64,000 bases of DNA from NCBI GenBank assembly GCA_041665025.1, contig JBAYJP010000003.1, positions 129,236-193,235 of the forward strand. Direction: 5' to 3'. The notes beneath the pieces were generated by a model. It saw only the letters and a program-made list of their open reading frames with translations. It was not told the origin of the DNA and ran no database searches. The stretch's first letter is position 1, and the number at the start of each line of letters is the position of its first letter. The position numbers and the translations under genes were made by a program. This stretch comes from Candidatus Magasanikiibacteriota bacterium. Its GTDB lineage: Bacteria > Patescibacteriota > Patescibacteriia > Magasanikbacterales > UBA922. Positions 7,789 to 16,381 of the stretch are shown in pieces.

Positions 7789-9315
7789 ATGACACCATTA
7801 TATATTGCTCTTGGGTCAGCTATCGGGCTTATCGCGGGCATTGGACTAGGATATATTATCCGAAAACAAGTTGCCAAAGCTCGGGCTAACTCAGTAGAAG
7901 CAAAGGCTGATGCTTTGATGCATGAAGCGAAAGACAAAGAAAAAGAAATCTTGCTTCAAGCAAAAGACAAAGCAATCAAAATCATAGACGAAGCAAAACA
8001 CGAGGAAGAAGAACGTCGCAAAGAACTGCGCCAGATTCAACAGCGACTCGAAAAACGCGAGACCATGTTTGATCAAAAATTACTTGACTTCGAAGATAGC
8101 AAAACACGTTTGCAAAAAAAAGTAGAAGAAATTCAAGCAATCAAGCAAAAAGTAGATCAGATGCATGTTGAGGCCACCGAAAGGCTTCAAACAGTCGCGG
8201 GCATGGACAAACAACAGGCAATTGAGGAACTCATGGCCCATGTTGAACAAGAAAGCAAAGAAGATCTATTTGGCAGAATTCTTAAAATTGAAAAAAGCAA
8301 TTCTGAACAATACGAAATCAAAGCGCGCGAGGTTGTGCTTGATGCAATCCAACGGTGCGCGTCAAATCACGCAAGCGAGACAACGTCAAGTGCAGTAGCT
8401 CTTCCTAGTGACGAAATGAAAGGCAGAATTATTGGAAAAGACGGACGCAACATCAAGACAATTGAAAAACTTACTGGCTGTGAACTTATTATTGACGAAA
8501 CTCCAGACATGCTTCTCGTTTCTGGTTTTTCACCTATCCGCCGACGCGTATGTCAGATAGCTATTGAACGACTTATCAAAGATGGTCGCATTCAGCCAGC
8601 TCGTATTGAGGAATTTATCGAGGAAGCAAAAAAAGAATTGGCTATTGATATTAAACAAGTTGGTGAAGAAGCGTTGTATAAACTTGCTATCACCGGCATG
8701 GATCCTAAGCTTGTCTCGATTGTCGGACGTCTCAAATATCGTACGAGCTACGGACAAAATATTTTGAACCATTCGATGGAAGTCGCACAATTATCAATGC
8801 TTATTGCCGAGGAACTCGGACTAGACCCTGTTCTCGCAAAGAAAGCTGGATTCTTCCATGATATTGGTAAATCCGTGGATCAAGAAACCCAAGGATCTCA
8901 TCCAGAAATTGGGGACACTATTCTCAAAAAATTCGGTCTCCCCATTGAAGTACAGCATGCAGCAGCTCATCATCATGATGACCATCCAGATTCCATATAT
9001 ACTCAAATTGTCAAAGCAGCTGATGCTATCTCTGGTTCACGCGTAGGAGCTCGACGTGATACCTACGAGCAGTATGTCGCACGCCTTGAAGATCTTGAAA
9101 AAACTGCCGGAGATTTCCCTGGCATTGAAAAAGTATATGCGATTCAAGCTGGACGAGAAGTGCGCGTCTTTGTAAAGCCTGAACAAATTGACGACTACGA
9201 AGCATATAATCTTGCCAAAGATATTGCACGCAAGATAGAAAATGAACTTCAATATCCTGGCGAAATCAAAGTTATGATTATACGTGAATCGAGAGTAGTC
9301 GAATATGCAAAATAA
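7789..9315 (+). CDS. rny: Ribonuclease Y
   Basis: N-terminal TM, coiled coil, KH domain (MKGRIIGKDGRNI), HD domain (HDIGK) and YAIQAGREVRV. Confidence 0.97.
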   Translation: MTPLYIALGSAIGLIAGIGLGYIIRKQVAKARANSVEAKADALMHEAKDKEKEILLQAKDKAIKIIDEAKHEEEERRKELRQIQQRLEKRETMFDQKLLDFEDSKTRLQKKVEEIQAIKQKVDQMHVEATERLQTVAGMDKQQAIEELMAHVEQESKEDLFGRILKIEKSNSEQYEIKAREVVLDAIQRCASNHASETTSSAVALPSDEMKGRIIGKDGRNIKTIEKLTGCELIIDETPDMLLVSGFSPIRRRVCQIAIERLIKDGRIQPARIEEFIEEAKKELAIDIKQVGEEALYKLAITGMDPKLVSIVGRLKYRTSYGQNILNHSMEVAQLSMLIAEELGLDPVLAKKAGFFHDIGKSVDQETQGSHPEIGDTILKKFGLPIEVQHAAAHHHDDHPDSIYTQIVKAADAISGSRVGARRDTYEQYVARLEDLEKTAGDFPGIEKVYAIQAGREVRVFVKPEQIDDYEAYNLAKDIARKIENELQYPGEIKVMIIRESRVVEYAK

Positions 9316-9318
9316 CAT

Positions 9319-9341
9319 AAAACTCCCTTCGGGGAGTTTTT
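9319..9341 (+). terminator. Intrinsic terminator after rny
   Basis: AAAACTCCC-TTCG-GGGAGTTTTT. Confidence 0.85.
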
Positions 9342-9345
9342 AGTT

Positions 9346-9462
9346 AGCTCAAAATTCAAAACTCAAAGATCAAAACTGAAACTTAAAACCAGAAAACTTT
9401 CTTTATCAAGATTTGACTTTTAAGATGTAGATTTGAATTTTGAGTTTTGAGCTTTGATTTTT
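9346..9462. repeat. Mirror array of ~7-mer units
   Basis: AGCTCAAAATTCAAAACTCAAAGATCAAAAC ... GATTTGAATTTTGAGTTTTGAGCTTTGATTTT; same type as 2443-2559. Confidence 0.7.
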
Positions 9463-9466
9463 AACC

Positions 9467-9529
9467 TGTGGATAAAAAAATGATAGACAAATTCGCTTTA
9501 TTGACATAAAAAATCAATTGGGATACAAT
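9467..9529 (+). promoter_or_regulatory. DnaA box plus sigma70 promoter of the HU gene
   Basis: TGTGGATAA at 9467-9475; TTGACA (9501)-17 bp-TACAAT (9524). Confidence 0.65.
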
Positions 9530-9604
9530 ACTAATAGATAAAATAAACATTACTTTTAATAATCTTTGCATTTTTCCCAGAATACAAAGACATATCGAGG
9601 TACT

Positions 9605-9889
9605 ATGAATAAAGCACTATTGGCGCAAGCCATTGCCGACAAAGTTGGCGTATCAAAAAAGGAAGCAGAGAGCATGGTAGAAGCATTTGTAGAAATTGTG
9701 ATGACCACGCTCAAAGCAAACGGTGAAGTAAATATCGCAGGCTTTGGTGCGTTTAGTGCCAAGACTCGCGCGGGCCGTGTCGGAGTCAATCCTCAAAATC
9801 CAACTCAAAAAATTCAAATTCCTCCTGTCACTGTACCAAAATTCAAAGCGGGAAAAGGATTGAAAGATATTTTGAAAAATAAAGCCTAA
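9605..9889 (+). CDS. hup: HU family DNA-binding protein
   Basis: From ATG 9605: MNKALLAQAIADK...IAGFGAF...RVGVNPQ...PKFKAGKGLK, 94 aa. Confidence 0.95.
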   Translation: MNKALLAQAIADKVGVSKKEAESMVEAFVEIVMTTLKANGEVNIAGFGAFSAKTRAGRVGVNPQNPTQKIQIPPVTVPKFKAGKGLKDILKNKA

Positions 9890-9910
9890 ACATTCATATA
9901 AACTGAAATA

Positions 9911-9963
9911 AAAAAACCTCCAGTTCATCCCGACTAAGTCGGAACAAAGACCTGGAGGTTTTT
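9911..9963. terminator. Bidirectional terminator with a small palindrome in the loop
   Basis: AAAAAACCTCCAG ... CTGGAGGTTTTT enclosing CCGACTAAGTCGG. Confidence 0.7.
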
Positions 9964-9999
9964 GTTATGTGTTACGTGCGCCGTGCTATGTGATTGTAG

Positions 10000-10073
10000 T
10001 GTCAGAGGGGAGAATCGAACTCCCGACCTTAGCGTTATGAATGCTATGCTCTAACCATCTGAGCTACTCTGAC
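10000..10073 (-). tRNA. tRNA with CAT anticodon (elongator Met or Ile2)
   Basis: GTCAGAGTAGCTCAGATGGTTAGAGCATAGCATTCATAACGCTAAGGTCGGGAGTTCGATTCTCCCCTCTGACA; paired G1-C72, lacks the initiator three-GC anticodon stem. Confidence 0.92.
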
Positions 10074-10181
10074 CCGCGTAAAGTAGCCTTCGGCTACCAC
10101 GCGGCAAGCTATATAGATATTCTTTTATATCTGCTTGCCACGTTGTGAACGAAGTGAACTTTACGTGGAGCTACTCTGACC
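10074..10181. mobile_element. Palindromic mini-element between duplicated tRNA 5' ends
   Basis: GAGCTACTCTGACC repeated at 10061-10074 and 10168-10181; imperfect terminal IR CCGCGTAAAGT / ACTTTACGTGG and inner IR CGCGGCAAGC / GCTTGCCACG. Confidence 0.55.
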
Positions 10182-10211
10182 TAATTTAATTTTAAATTAA
10201 AAATTATTTTC

Positions 10212-10286
10212 TGGTACCGCCAAGGGGAATCGAACCCCTATAACAAGCTTGAGAAGCTTGTGTCCTAACCGTTAGACGATGGCGGC
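10212..10286 (-). tRNA. tRNA-Glu(CTC)
   Basis: GCCGCCATCGTCTAACGGTTAGGACACAAGCTTCTCAAGCTTGTTATAGGGGTTCGATTCCCCTTGGCGGTACCA, CCA encoded. Confidence 0.95.
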
Positions 10287-10306
10287 TCGCTCCCAAAAAC
10301 GGTAGC

Positions 10307-10335
10307 AGTATATATAAAAAACACCTATTTGTCAA
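10307..10335 (-). promoter_or_regulatory. Sigma70 promoter of the tRNA-Glu / tRNA-CAT pair
   Basis: TTGACA-17 bp-TATACT on the minus strand. Confidence 0.75.
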
Positions 10336-10347
10336 CGGTTATTGAAT

Positions 10348-12123
10348 TTATCTCGACGGCGGAATATGATAATAATTCATCATAAATTTTGCAATTTTTG
10401 AAAATGTTGAAGCAGCAGTAAGCGACGCATATGCACGCCGCGGTTTTTCAAATCTAATGATCATGACAAACGCTGGATCATCAACAGGACCAAATCCAAT
10501 GAATGAATGATTTGTCTCGTCTGTGTATCCTCCTGGACCCGCAATCTGGGCAGTACCTGTCTTTCCTGCTATATAGTATCCCGGAACTTTTGCCAATGTA
10601 CCTTGTCCTTGGTCAATAACTCTGACCAACATTCCAGAAAGTAAGGATGCATTACGTTTTTCAAGTATGCGACGGACTTCTTTTGGACGTGTTTCGACTA
10701 CTTTGCCTTGGGGATATCTCACTTCTTGCACAATAAAAGGCTTCATCAGCATTCCCCCGTTTGCAATTGCCGAAAAAGCAGTCGCCATTTGTAAAGGAGT
10801 TGCCGTAATCCCCTGTCCAAACGAAGCTGTGGCCGTGTAGCAATCTACCTTGTCATCTTTGCGCTCTGACAACGAACCTATAGTGCCTGATGATTCAGTA
10901 TCAAGATCTATACCTGTTTTCGTGCCAAACCCATATTGTTCAATATATGATTTGAATTTTTGCTTCCCTAATTTATTGACAACAAAAACCATTCCTGTAT
11001 TTATTGAATTCTCCAGCACGCCAGTCATTGTCTGATCACCATATGATTTTAAGTCAGCGTTTTGGATCAATTTTGTGCATCCAGCGTCAACGCTTCCCGA
11101 ATCATGAAAATATGTTTCTGGGGTTACAAGCTCTTCGTTAAGTACCGCAGACATGGCAATAGGTTTGAATATAGAACCTGGTTCATATGCAGTAAAAACT
11201 GCAGTATTATTATACATGGAAGATGACTCGACTTGATTATATTGATTAGGATCAAAGTCTGGAAACGAACACATCACTCTGATAGCACCTGTCTTAGGTT
11301 CCATAATAATAAGCGAGGCTGTCTGTGCCCCATATTCTTCCTGGTCTTTTTGCAATACTGCACATGCTTCATATTGCAATGTCCTATCAATCGTTAAAAC
11401 TAAATCAACTCCATCTTGTGCAGGCTTCAACAATCTACCCGCAAGAGGTATCCAATTTCCTGTTGCGCCTTTTATCCCCTCCAAAAAACCGCCATTGCCA
11501 GCTAATTCCTTATCCCAATAGCCTTCAATACCATATCTTCCTACATCATTTCCTTCTTCATCCTTTCCTACAAACCCGACAACAGACGCAGCTAATTTTT
11601 TTTCTGGATAATATCGTTCGGATCGGCGCACAAAATGAATTCCTGGCAACTGCAACGCCGTTACCTGTTCCATCATCTGTTGTTCAACCTTTTTTTCAAG
11701 AGGTTCATAAGGGTCTGAGCGTTTATTCAACTGAAGGTAGATAGAAAATTTTTTGTCATCTGGATATGCAAACAATTCTGCCAATTTCTGTGCAACCATT
11801 TCTGCAGCGTTTTCGTCTATTATCTCGCGTGTATCGGCAAACATGAGAAATACATCTCTATTTATCGCGAGAGGATATTCTTCGGCTTTATCACTTGATG
11901 TGAGGTAAATAGAACCTCGTTCGGGGAACAAATTTGTAGTCATCTCGTGAGAACCAGCAGCCAACGCGTCATAAAAATCATGCTGGATTATCATGAGTAT
12001 AAATAAACGCGCAATAACAATAATAAAAAGAGAAACAAATAATACGCCCACAATACGAATGCGGTCTAAAGGACGCGAACGGGCGGAATTATGTGAACGA
12101 GATGTATGAGATGTCTGGTACAT
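10348..12123 (-). CDS. Class B penicillin-binding protein (PBP2/FtsI family)
   Basis: N-terminal TM; RGSI, RYYP, GIEG, EPGSIFK (SxxK), SIN (SxN) and KTGTAQ motifs. Confidence 0.93.
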   Translation of the reverse strand: MYQTSHTSRSHNSARSRPLDRIRIVGVLFVSLFIIVIARLFILMIIQHDFYDALAAGSHEMTTNLFPERGSIYLTSSDKAEEYPLAINRDVFLMFADTREIIDENAAEMVAQKLAELFAYPDDKKFSIYLQLNKRSDPYEPLEKKVEQQMMEQVTALQLPGIHFVRRSERYYPEKKLAASVVGFVGKDEEGNDVGRYGIEGYWDKELAGNGGFLEGIKGATGNWIPLAGRLLKPAQDGVDLVLTIDRTLQYEACAVLQKDQEEYGAQTASLIIMEPKTGAIRVMCSFPDFDPNQYNQVESSSMYNNTAVFTAYEPGSIFKPIAMSAVLNEELVTPETYFHDSGSVDAGCTKLIQNADLKSYGDQTMTGVLENSINTGMVFVVNKLGKQKFKSYIEQYGFGTKTGIDLDTESSGTIGSLSERKDDKVDCYTATASFGQGITATPLQMATAFSAIANGGMLMKPFIVQEVRYPQGKVVETRPKEVRRILEKRNASLLSGMLVRVIDQGQGTLAKVPGYYIAGKTGTAQIAGPGGYTDETNHSFIGFGPVDDPAFVMIIRFEKPRRAYASLTAASTFSKIAKFMMNYYHIPPSR

Positions 12124-12146
12124 GGATTAACTCTAAAAAAACAATT

Positions 12147-12222
12147 ATGTACGAAATACGAAAACTGCGAAAGGTACGAAAGTGATATTTCGAATATTTC
12201 GTAGTTTTCGTATTTCGTACAT
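12147..12222. repeat. ~75 bp palindromic dispersed repeat, copy 1
   Basis: ATGTACGAAATACGAAAACTGCGAAAGGTACGAAA ... TTTCGAATATTTCGTAGTTTTCGTATTTCGTACAT. Confidence 0.9.
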
Positions 12223-12224
12223 TT

Positions 12225-13259
12225 CTAAATTTTCTTCTGTTTTCCCATTCTCCTTTGTGCAGTCTCTTCATCAATAATCCCCTCTTTCAACAGCCCTTTA
12301 ACCGCATTTTCCATAGAAACCATGCCGTCTCTCGCGCCTGTCTGAATTGCACTAAACAATTGGGCAATATTATTTTCTTTTATAAGGTTGGCAACTGCAG
12401 GAGTGTTGATAAGAACTTCGCGCGCAGCAACACGTTTCCCATCTACGGTGGACACAAGCTGTTGTGCGACAATGCCTCGCAAAACTGCTCCTAACTGTAT
12501 TAATACTTGTTTTTGTCGCGCACCATCAAACACGTCAATAATACGTTCAACGGCCTCTGCAGCACTCGATGTATGCAGTGTAGAAAATACCAAATGACCT
12601 GTCTCAGCGGCAGTCAGAACAGTCGCAATAGTTTCTGGGTCACGCATCTCGCCAACTAAAATTACATTGGGGTCTTGACGCAAGACATGCTTTAACGCAT
12701 TTGCAAATGACTTAGTATCTTCCCCTACTTCGCGTTGTTCAATAAGGCTTTGCTTGTCTTCAAACACAAATTCTATAGGATCTTCAATAGTGACGATATG
12801 GGCTTTTCTGCTTTTGTTTATCTCTTCGATCATGCATGCCAAGGTCGTTGATTTGCCATGTCCTGTCGGACCTACGACAAGCACAAGACCATCAAGAAGT
12901 TGGGTAAAATTTAATAAAGTCGGGTCAAAATGAAGTTCTTCAGGTGTGGGAATTTTACTTGGAATAAGACGTGCCGCCAGACCAATATTTCCTTCTTGGC
13001 GATGCAAATTTACACGAAAACGTGTTTCACTCACTTCATATCCGAAGTCTAATTCAAGTTCTTCTTGAAATTTTTTCTTTTGGTCCGGATTAAGCATGGC
13101 GTGAATGGCTGTTTCCAGTTCTTTCGATGGAAGCACCTTGTCCTCCAGCTCCTGCAATTCACCCTGGACGCGAATCAGGGGCTTTTCCTCACCAACTAAA
13201 TGAAGATCAGAAGCATTTTCCTTTATCGCTGACTCAAAATATGACTTTAGTGTTTTCAT
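12225..13259 (-). CDS. pilT: PilT/PilU family type IV pilus retraction ATPase
   Basis: ASDLHL, GPTGHGKST, TIEDPIE, LRQDPNVILVGEMRD and AAETGHLVFSTLHT motifs. Confidence 0.93.
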   Translation of the reverse strand: MKTLKSYFESAIKENASDLHLVGEEKPLIRVQGELQELEDKVLPSKELETAIHAMLNPDQKKKFQEELELDFGYEVSETRFRVNLHRQEGNIGLAARLIPSKIPTPEELHFDPTLLNFTQLLDGLVLVVGPTGHGKSTTLACMIEEINKSRKAHIVTIEDPIEFVFEDKQSLIEQREVGEDTKSFANALKHVLRQDPNVILVGEMRDPETIATVLTAAETGHLVFSTLHTSSAAEAVERIIDVFDGARQKQVLIQLGAVLRGIVAQQLVSTVDGKRVAAREVLINTPAVANLIKENNIAQLFSAIQTGARDGMVSMENAVKGLLKEGIIDEETAQRRMGKQKKI

Positions 13260-13342
13260 AGTGAAATAATTAGTTGGCTATATTAATTAAACATGTATAG
13301 TTTAACATATTTACACCCTACAGAGCAATGACTCATTTTGGC

Positions 13343-13371
13343 TTGATTTTTTGTATATATTCAACTACAAT
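13343..13371 (+). promoter_or_regulatory. Sigma70 promoter for tRNA-Pro
   Basis: TTGATT-17 bp-TACAAT. Confidence 0.55.
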
Positions 13372-13407
13372 ACGTGCAAGTTTACACGACGCAGTGAAGT
13401 AAAGCGG

Positions 13408-13480
13408 CGGGCTATAGCGCAGTTGGTAGCGCGCATGCATGGGGTGCATGAGGTCGTGAGTTCAAGTCTCACTAGCCCGA
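13408..13480 (+). tRNA. tRNA-Pro(GGG)
   Basis: Cloverleaf CGGGCTA...CATGC-ATGGGGT-GCATG...GTGAG-TTCAAGT-CTCAC-TAGCCCGA. Confidence 0.95.
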
Positions 13481-13482
13481 CG

Positions 13483-13606
13483 AATATGCCAAATCGGGTA
13501 GCGCGTCCCGAGTAATCGGGAAGGTCGTGAGTTCACCCTGAACTACATTGAGTTCAGGATAGCCCTGTACCCCTGTGGTACAGGGCAAGTCTCACTAGCC
13601 CGACAC
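13483..13606 (+). repeat. Pseudo-tRNA-Pro unit with palindrome insertions, copy 1
   Basis: 124 bp, 6 mismatches to 13847-13970; retains GGTAGCGC, AGGTCGTGAGTTC and AAGTCTCACTAGCCCGAC of tRNA-Pro(GGG). Confidence 0.85.
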
Positions 13607-13614
13607 GTATATTA

Positions 13615-13636
13615 GCCTGCCTGCCGGCAGGCAGGC
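13615..13636. repeat. Perfect 22 bp palindrome
   Basis: GCCTGCCTGCCGGCAGGCAGGC. Confidence 0.9.
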
Positions 13637-13771
13637 GCAGTTTCCACCTACGCCTTGGCTTCAGTGGATAAAGTCCGTGCGCATGTATATAGTTTGTATA
13701 TCTATCTAGCTTAATAAAAACCACAGCTTCTGTACAACGCCAAGTCTACGCGGCGTAGCGAAGCGAAGCCG

Positions 13772-13847
13772 CGGGCTATAGCGCAGTTGGTAGCGCGCAT
13801 CGTTCGGGACGATGAGGTCGGCAGTTCAAGTCTGCCTAGCCCGACCA
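13772..13847 (+). tRNA. tRNA-Pro(CGG)
   Basis: CATCG-TTCGGGA-CGATG anticodon arm, GGCAG-TTCAAGT-CTGCC T arm, CCA encoded. Confidence 0.95.
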
Positions 13848-13970
13848 ATATGCCAAGTCGGGTAGCGCTTCCCGAGTACTCGGGAAGGTCGTGAGTTCAC
13901 CCTGAACTACGTTGAGTTCAGGGTAGCCCTGTACCCCTATGGTACAGGGCAAGTCTCACTAGCCCGACAC
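13847..13970 (+). repeat. Pseudo-tRNA-Pro unit with palindrome insertions, copy 2
   Basis: Direct repeat of 13483-13606. Confidence 0.85.
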
Positions 13971-14059
13971 AATAAAAATCCTTTCAACTTTATCCCACCA
14001 CAGCGAGATCCCGCTCACTACGGGATAACTTTAAACTTTATAACTTTTAACTCCGTCGT

Positions 14060-15091
14060 ATGCCTGTCAAACAAACTTCGGCCAAAAAAGATGAGGTGCT
14101 GTTTAAAAATAATCAGATTTCGGTGTTTGATTATGACGTGCAAAATTTTGAAGAAAAAGAATCAGCGACTCTGAGTGAATGTGTACATTACAAGCACACA
14201 CCTTCAGTAACATGGATCAATATAGATCGTGTCCCGCCTGCTGATTTTTTGGAAAGACTAGGCCTTGGTTTTGATCTTCATCCGGTTATCTTGGAAGATA
14301 TTGAAAATATAAATCAACGACCAAAAGTTGAAATAATGGATGATTACGTCTATGTGTCAGTAAAAATGCTGACACCGGATGAAAAAACCAAAAAAATCAA
14401 CACTGAACAAGTAAGTATTATCGCGGCTACAAAATTTGTTATTACGTTTCAACAAGGTCTCAAGGGAGATACATTTGAACCCGTTCGTGCGCTTATTCGA
14501 AAAGGCCATACGCGCATTAGATCTCTCGGGACAGACTACTTGCTCTATGAGCTCGTAGATTCTGTCGTAAATAAATATTTTAATGTCTTGGAGACATTTG
14601 GGGAACGGATAGAAGCTCTAGAACAAGAAGTGGTACGAAGTCCAAGCAACAAAACACTGCGAACTATTCACACATTAAAACGAGATATTCTCCAAGTACG
14701 CAAAAGTGTCTGGCCATTGCGCGAAGTGGTAAGTATTCTCGAACGTGGAGAGACAACACTTTTGAAAAAAAGCACACGCATCTATTTTCGTGATATTTAC
14801 GAACGCTTAATACAAATTATAGATTCGCTTGAAACATACCGTGATATCCTCTCGGGCTTACTTGATGTGTATCTCTCAAGCGTAAGCAACAGGCTCAACG
14901 GCGTTATGAAAGTTCTTACCATTATTACCACCATATTCATGCCTTTGTCATTCCTTGCAGGTTTATATGGCATGAACTTCACCTATATGCCTGGGTTGCA
15001 CTCCATATGGGGATTCCCTCTCATGGTAATTTCAATGAGTGTAATTTTTCTTGGAATGATTGTGTACTTCAACAAAAAGGGATGGATATAA
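14060..15091 (+). CDS. corA: Magnesium/cobalt transporter CorA
   Basis: YGMNF signature, two C-terminal TMs, QRPKVE. Confidence 0.95.
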   Translation: MPVKQTSAKKDEVLFKNNQISVFDYDVQNFEEKESATLSECVHYKHTPSVTWINIDRVPPADFLERLGLGFDLHPVILEDIENINQRPKVEIMDDYVYVSVKMLTPDEKTKKINTEQVSIIAATKFVITFQQGLKGDTFEPVRALIRKGHTRIRSLGTDYLLYELVDSVVNKYFNVLETFGERIEALEQEVVRSPSNKTLRTIHTLKRDILQVRKSVWPLREVVSILERGETTLLKKSTRIYFRDIYERLIQIIDSLETYRDILSGLLDVYLSSVSNRLNGVMKVLTIITTIFMPLSFLAGLYGMNFTYMPGLHSIWGFPLMVISMSVIFLGMIVYFNKKGWI

Positions 15092-15093
15092 AT

Positions 15094-15168
15094 ATGTACG
15101 AAATACGAAAACTACGAAATATTCGAAATTCGTTTTCGTACCTTTCGCAGTTTTCGTATTTCGTACAT
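15094..15168. repeat. ~75 bp palindromic dispersed repeat, copy 2
   Basis: Reverse-complement orientation of copy 1; starts 3 nt after the corA stop. Confidence 0.9.
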
Positions 15169-15176
15169 TATTACAT

Positions 15177-16265
15177 ATGGATTTGGGAGAATTATACAAA
15201 AAACAAATATCACTTCACGAGTGGTTTGAACAGATCGGCCACAACCAAGCTCAAGCGGTACGCGATGAAGACTTATCGCGCCAAGAACGGCTCAAAGTTC
15301 TGAGTGAAATTACAGGGCTTTCTTATGATAAACCGGAAATTTTCAGTCCTCATGATATTTTGAATTATACACAGAAATTTAAAATATTTTTTGAAAAAGA
15401 AAAGAATAACAAATGCCGCCTCCGCCTCTTGCCTCTTTCAAAAGATGCACCAAAACTAAGAACCGTTGGCAGAACAGTGGCAGAATCAGTGGAATGGTTC
15501 AAACAGCAACACATAGATTCAAATGACTACGAACTACACTTTTTAAGCTTCACAGAACAACCACAATGGGCTACTATTTTTGTTATCAATAATTATGGCA
15601 TATACGGAGAAATAGTATGGGGTGGCCACAATCAGCTGACTCAGGGATTTCATGACGCAAAACCTATTACATTTACATTCAATTTTAATGAATGGAAATT
15701 GAGCGAAATAAATATTGAAGTGCTCAAACATCTTAAACAAATAATCTCATTTTTGAATATTTCAGACAACACAGCCCAGGGAAAACTCCGAGAAAAACTT
15801 AACGCAACATTTACAAACAATTATCTTGAGGGATATTTCGAAACGGTGTCAGATGTAACAATTCCTTTACAATTTATTGATTATAACCGTGTGCTCGGAA
15901 AAATATATAAAAATTTTCAAAACACACCGCAAAATCAGACTCGTAACAGTCTTATCGGGCAAACCGGATCACCAGGCATTGTTACTGGCAGGGTAAAAAT
16001 CGTCATACCTAAGAAAATCTCTCAAACTCAACTCCAACCAGATGAAATTCTTGTATGTGATATGACCAGTCCCGACTATGTACCGCTTATGAAACAATCT
16101 GCCGGAATTATTACAGACCGCTGAGGTATTTTGAGTCATGCGGCAATCATAAGCCGTGAACTTGGGAAACCGTGTATCGTAGGCACAAAAGACGCAACCA
16201 AAATTTTGAAAGATGGACAAAAAATAAAAATGGACGCAACACACGGAAATATTGAATTAACATAA
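15177..16265 (+). pseudogene. Protein with a C-terminal PEP-utilising mobile (phosphohistidine) domain, interrupted by an in-frame TGA
   Basis: ATG 15177; ...EILVCDMTSPDYVPLMKQSAGIITDR-TGA(16122)[49 protein letters not shown](16263-16265). Confidence 0.8.
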
Positions 16266-16294
16266 AAACCACTCCGAACACTCGGGGTGGTTTT
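16265..16294. terminator. Terminator between convergent genes
   Basis: AAAACCACTCCGA-ACAC-TCGGGGTGGTTTT. Confidence 0.75.
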
Positions 16295-16381
16295 AAAATC
16301 GCAGTCTGTGATCTGTGTAATCTGTTTCTAATCTGCCTGCCCCGTACGAACGTAGCGAGTATACGGGGTGTAATCAATGTT

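Noticed and set aside
7610-7798. 62 aa minus-strand ORF upstream of rny
   Set aside because: Overlaps the rny start, has no recognisable features, and the region is better explained as structured RNA.
12089-12274. 61 aa ORF, and the 39 aa N-terminal extension of ORF 15060
   Set aside because: Both are translations of the 75 bp palindromic repeat (shared peptide VRNTKTTKYSK).
13408-13970. CRISPR array or integron attC cassettes
   Set aside because: The repeats are tRNA-derived, only two units, with no regular spacers and no cas or intI gene.
16122-16124. Genome-wide genetic code 25 (TGA = Gly)
   Set aside because: TGA ends truB, the aminotransferase and ugd at plausible lengths, and no other long gene has an internal TGA.
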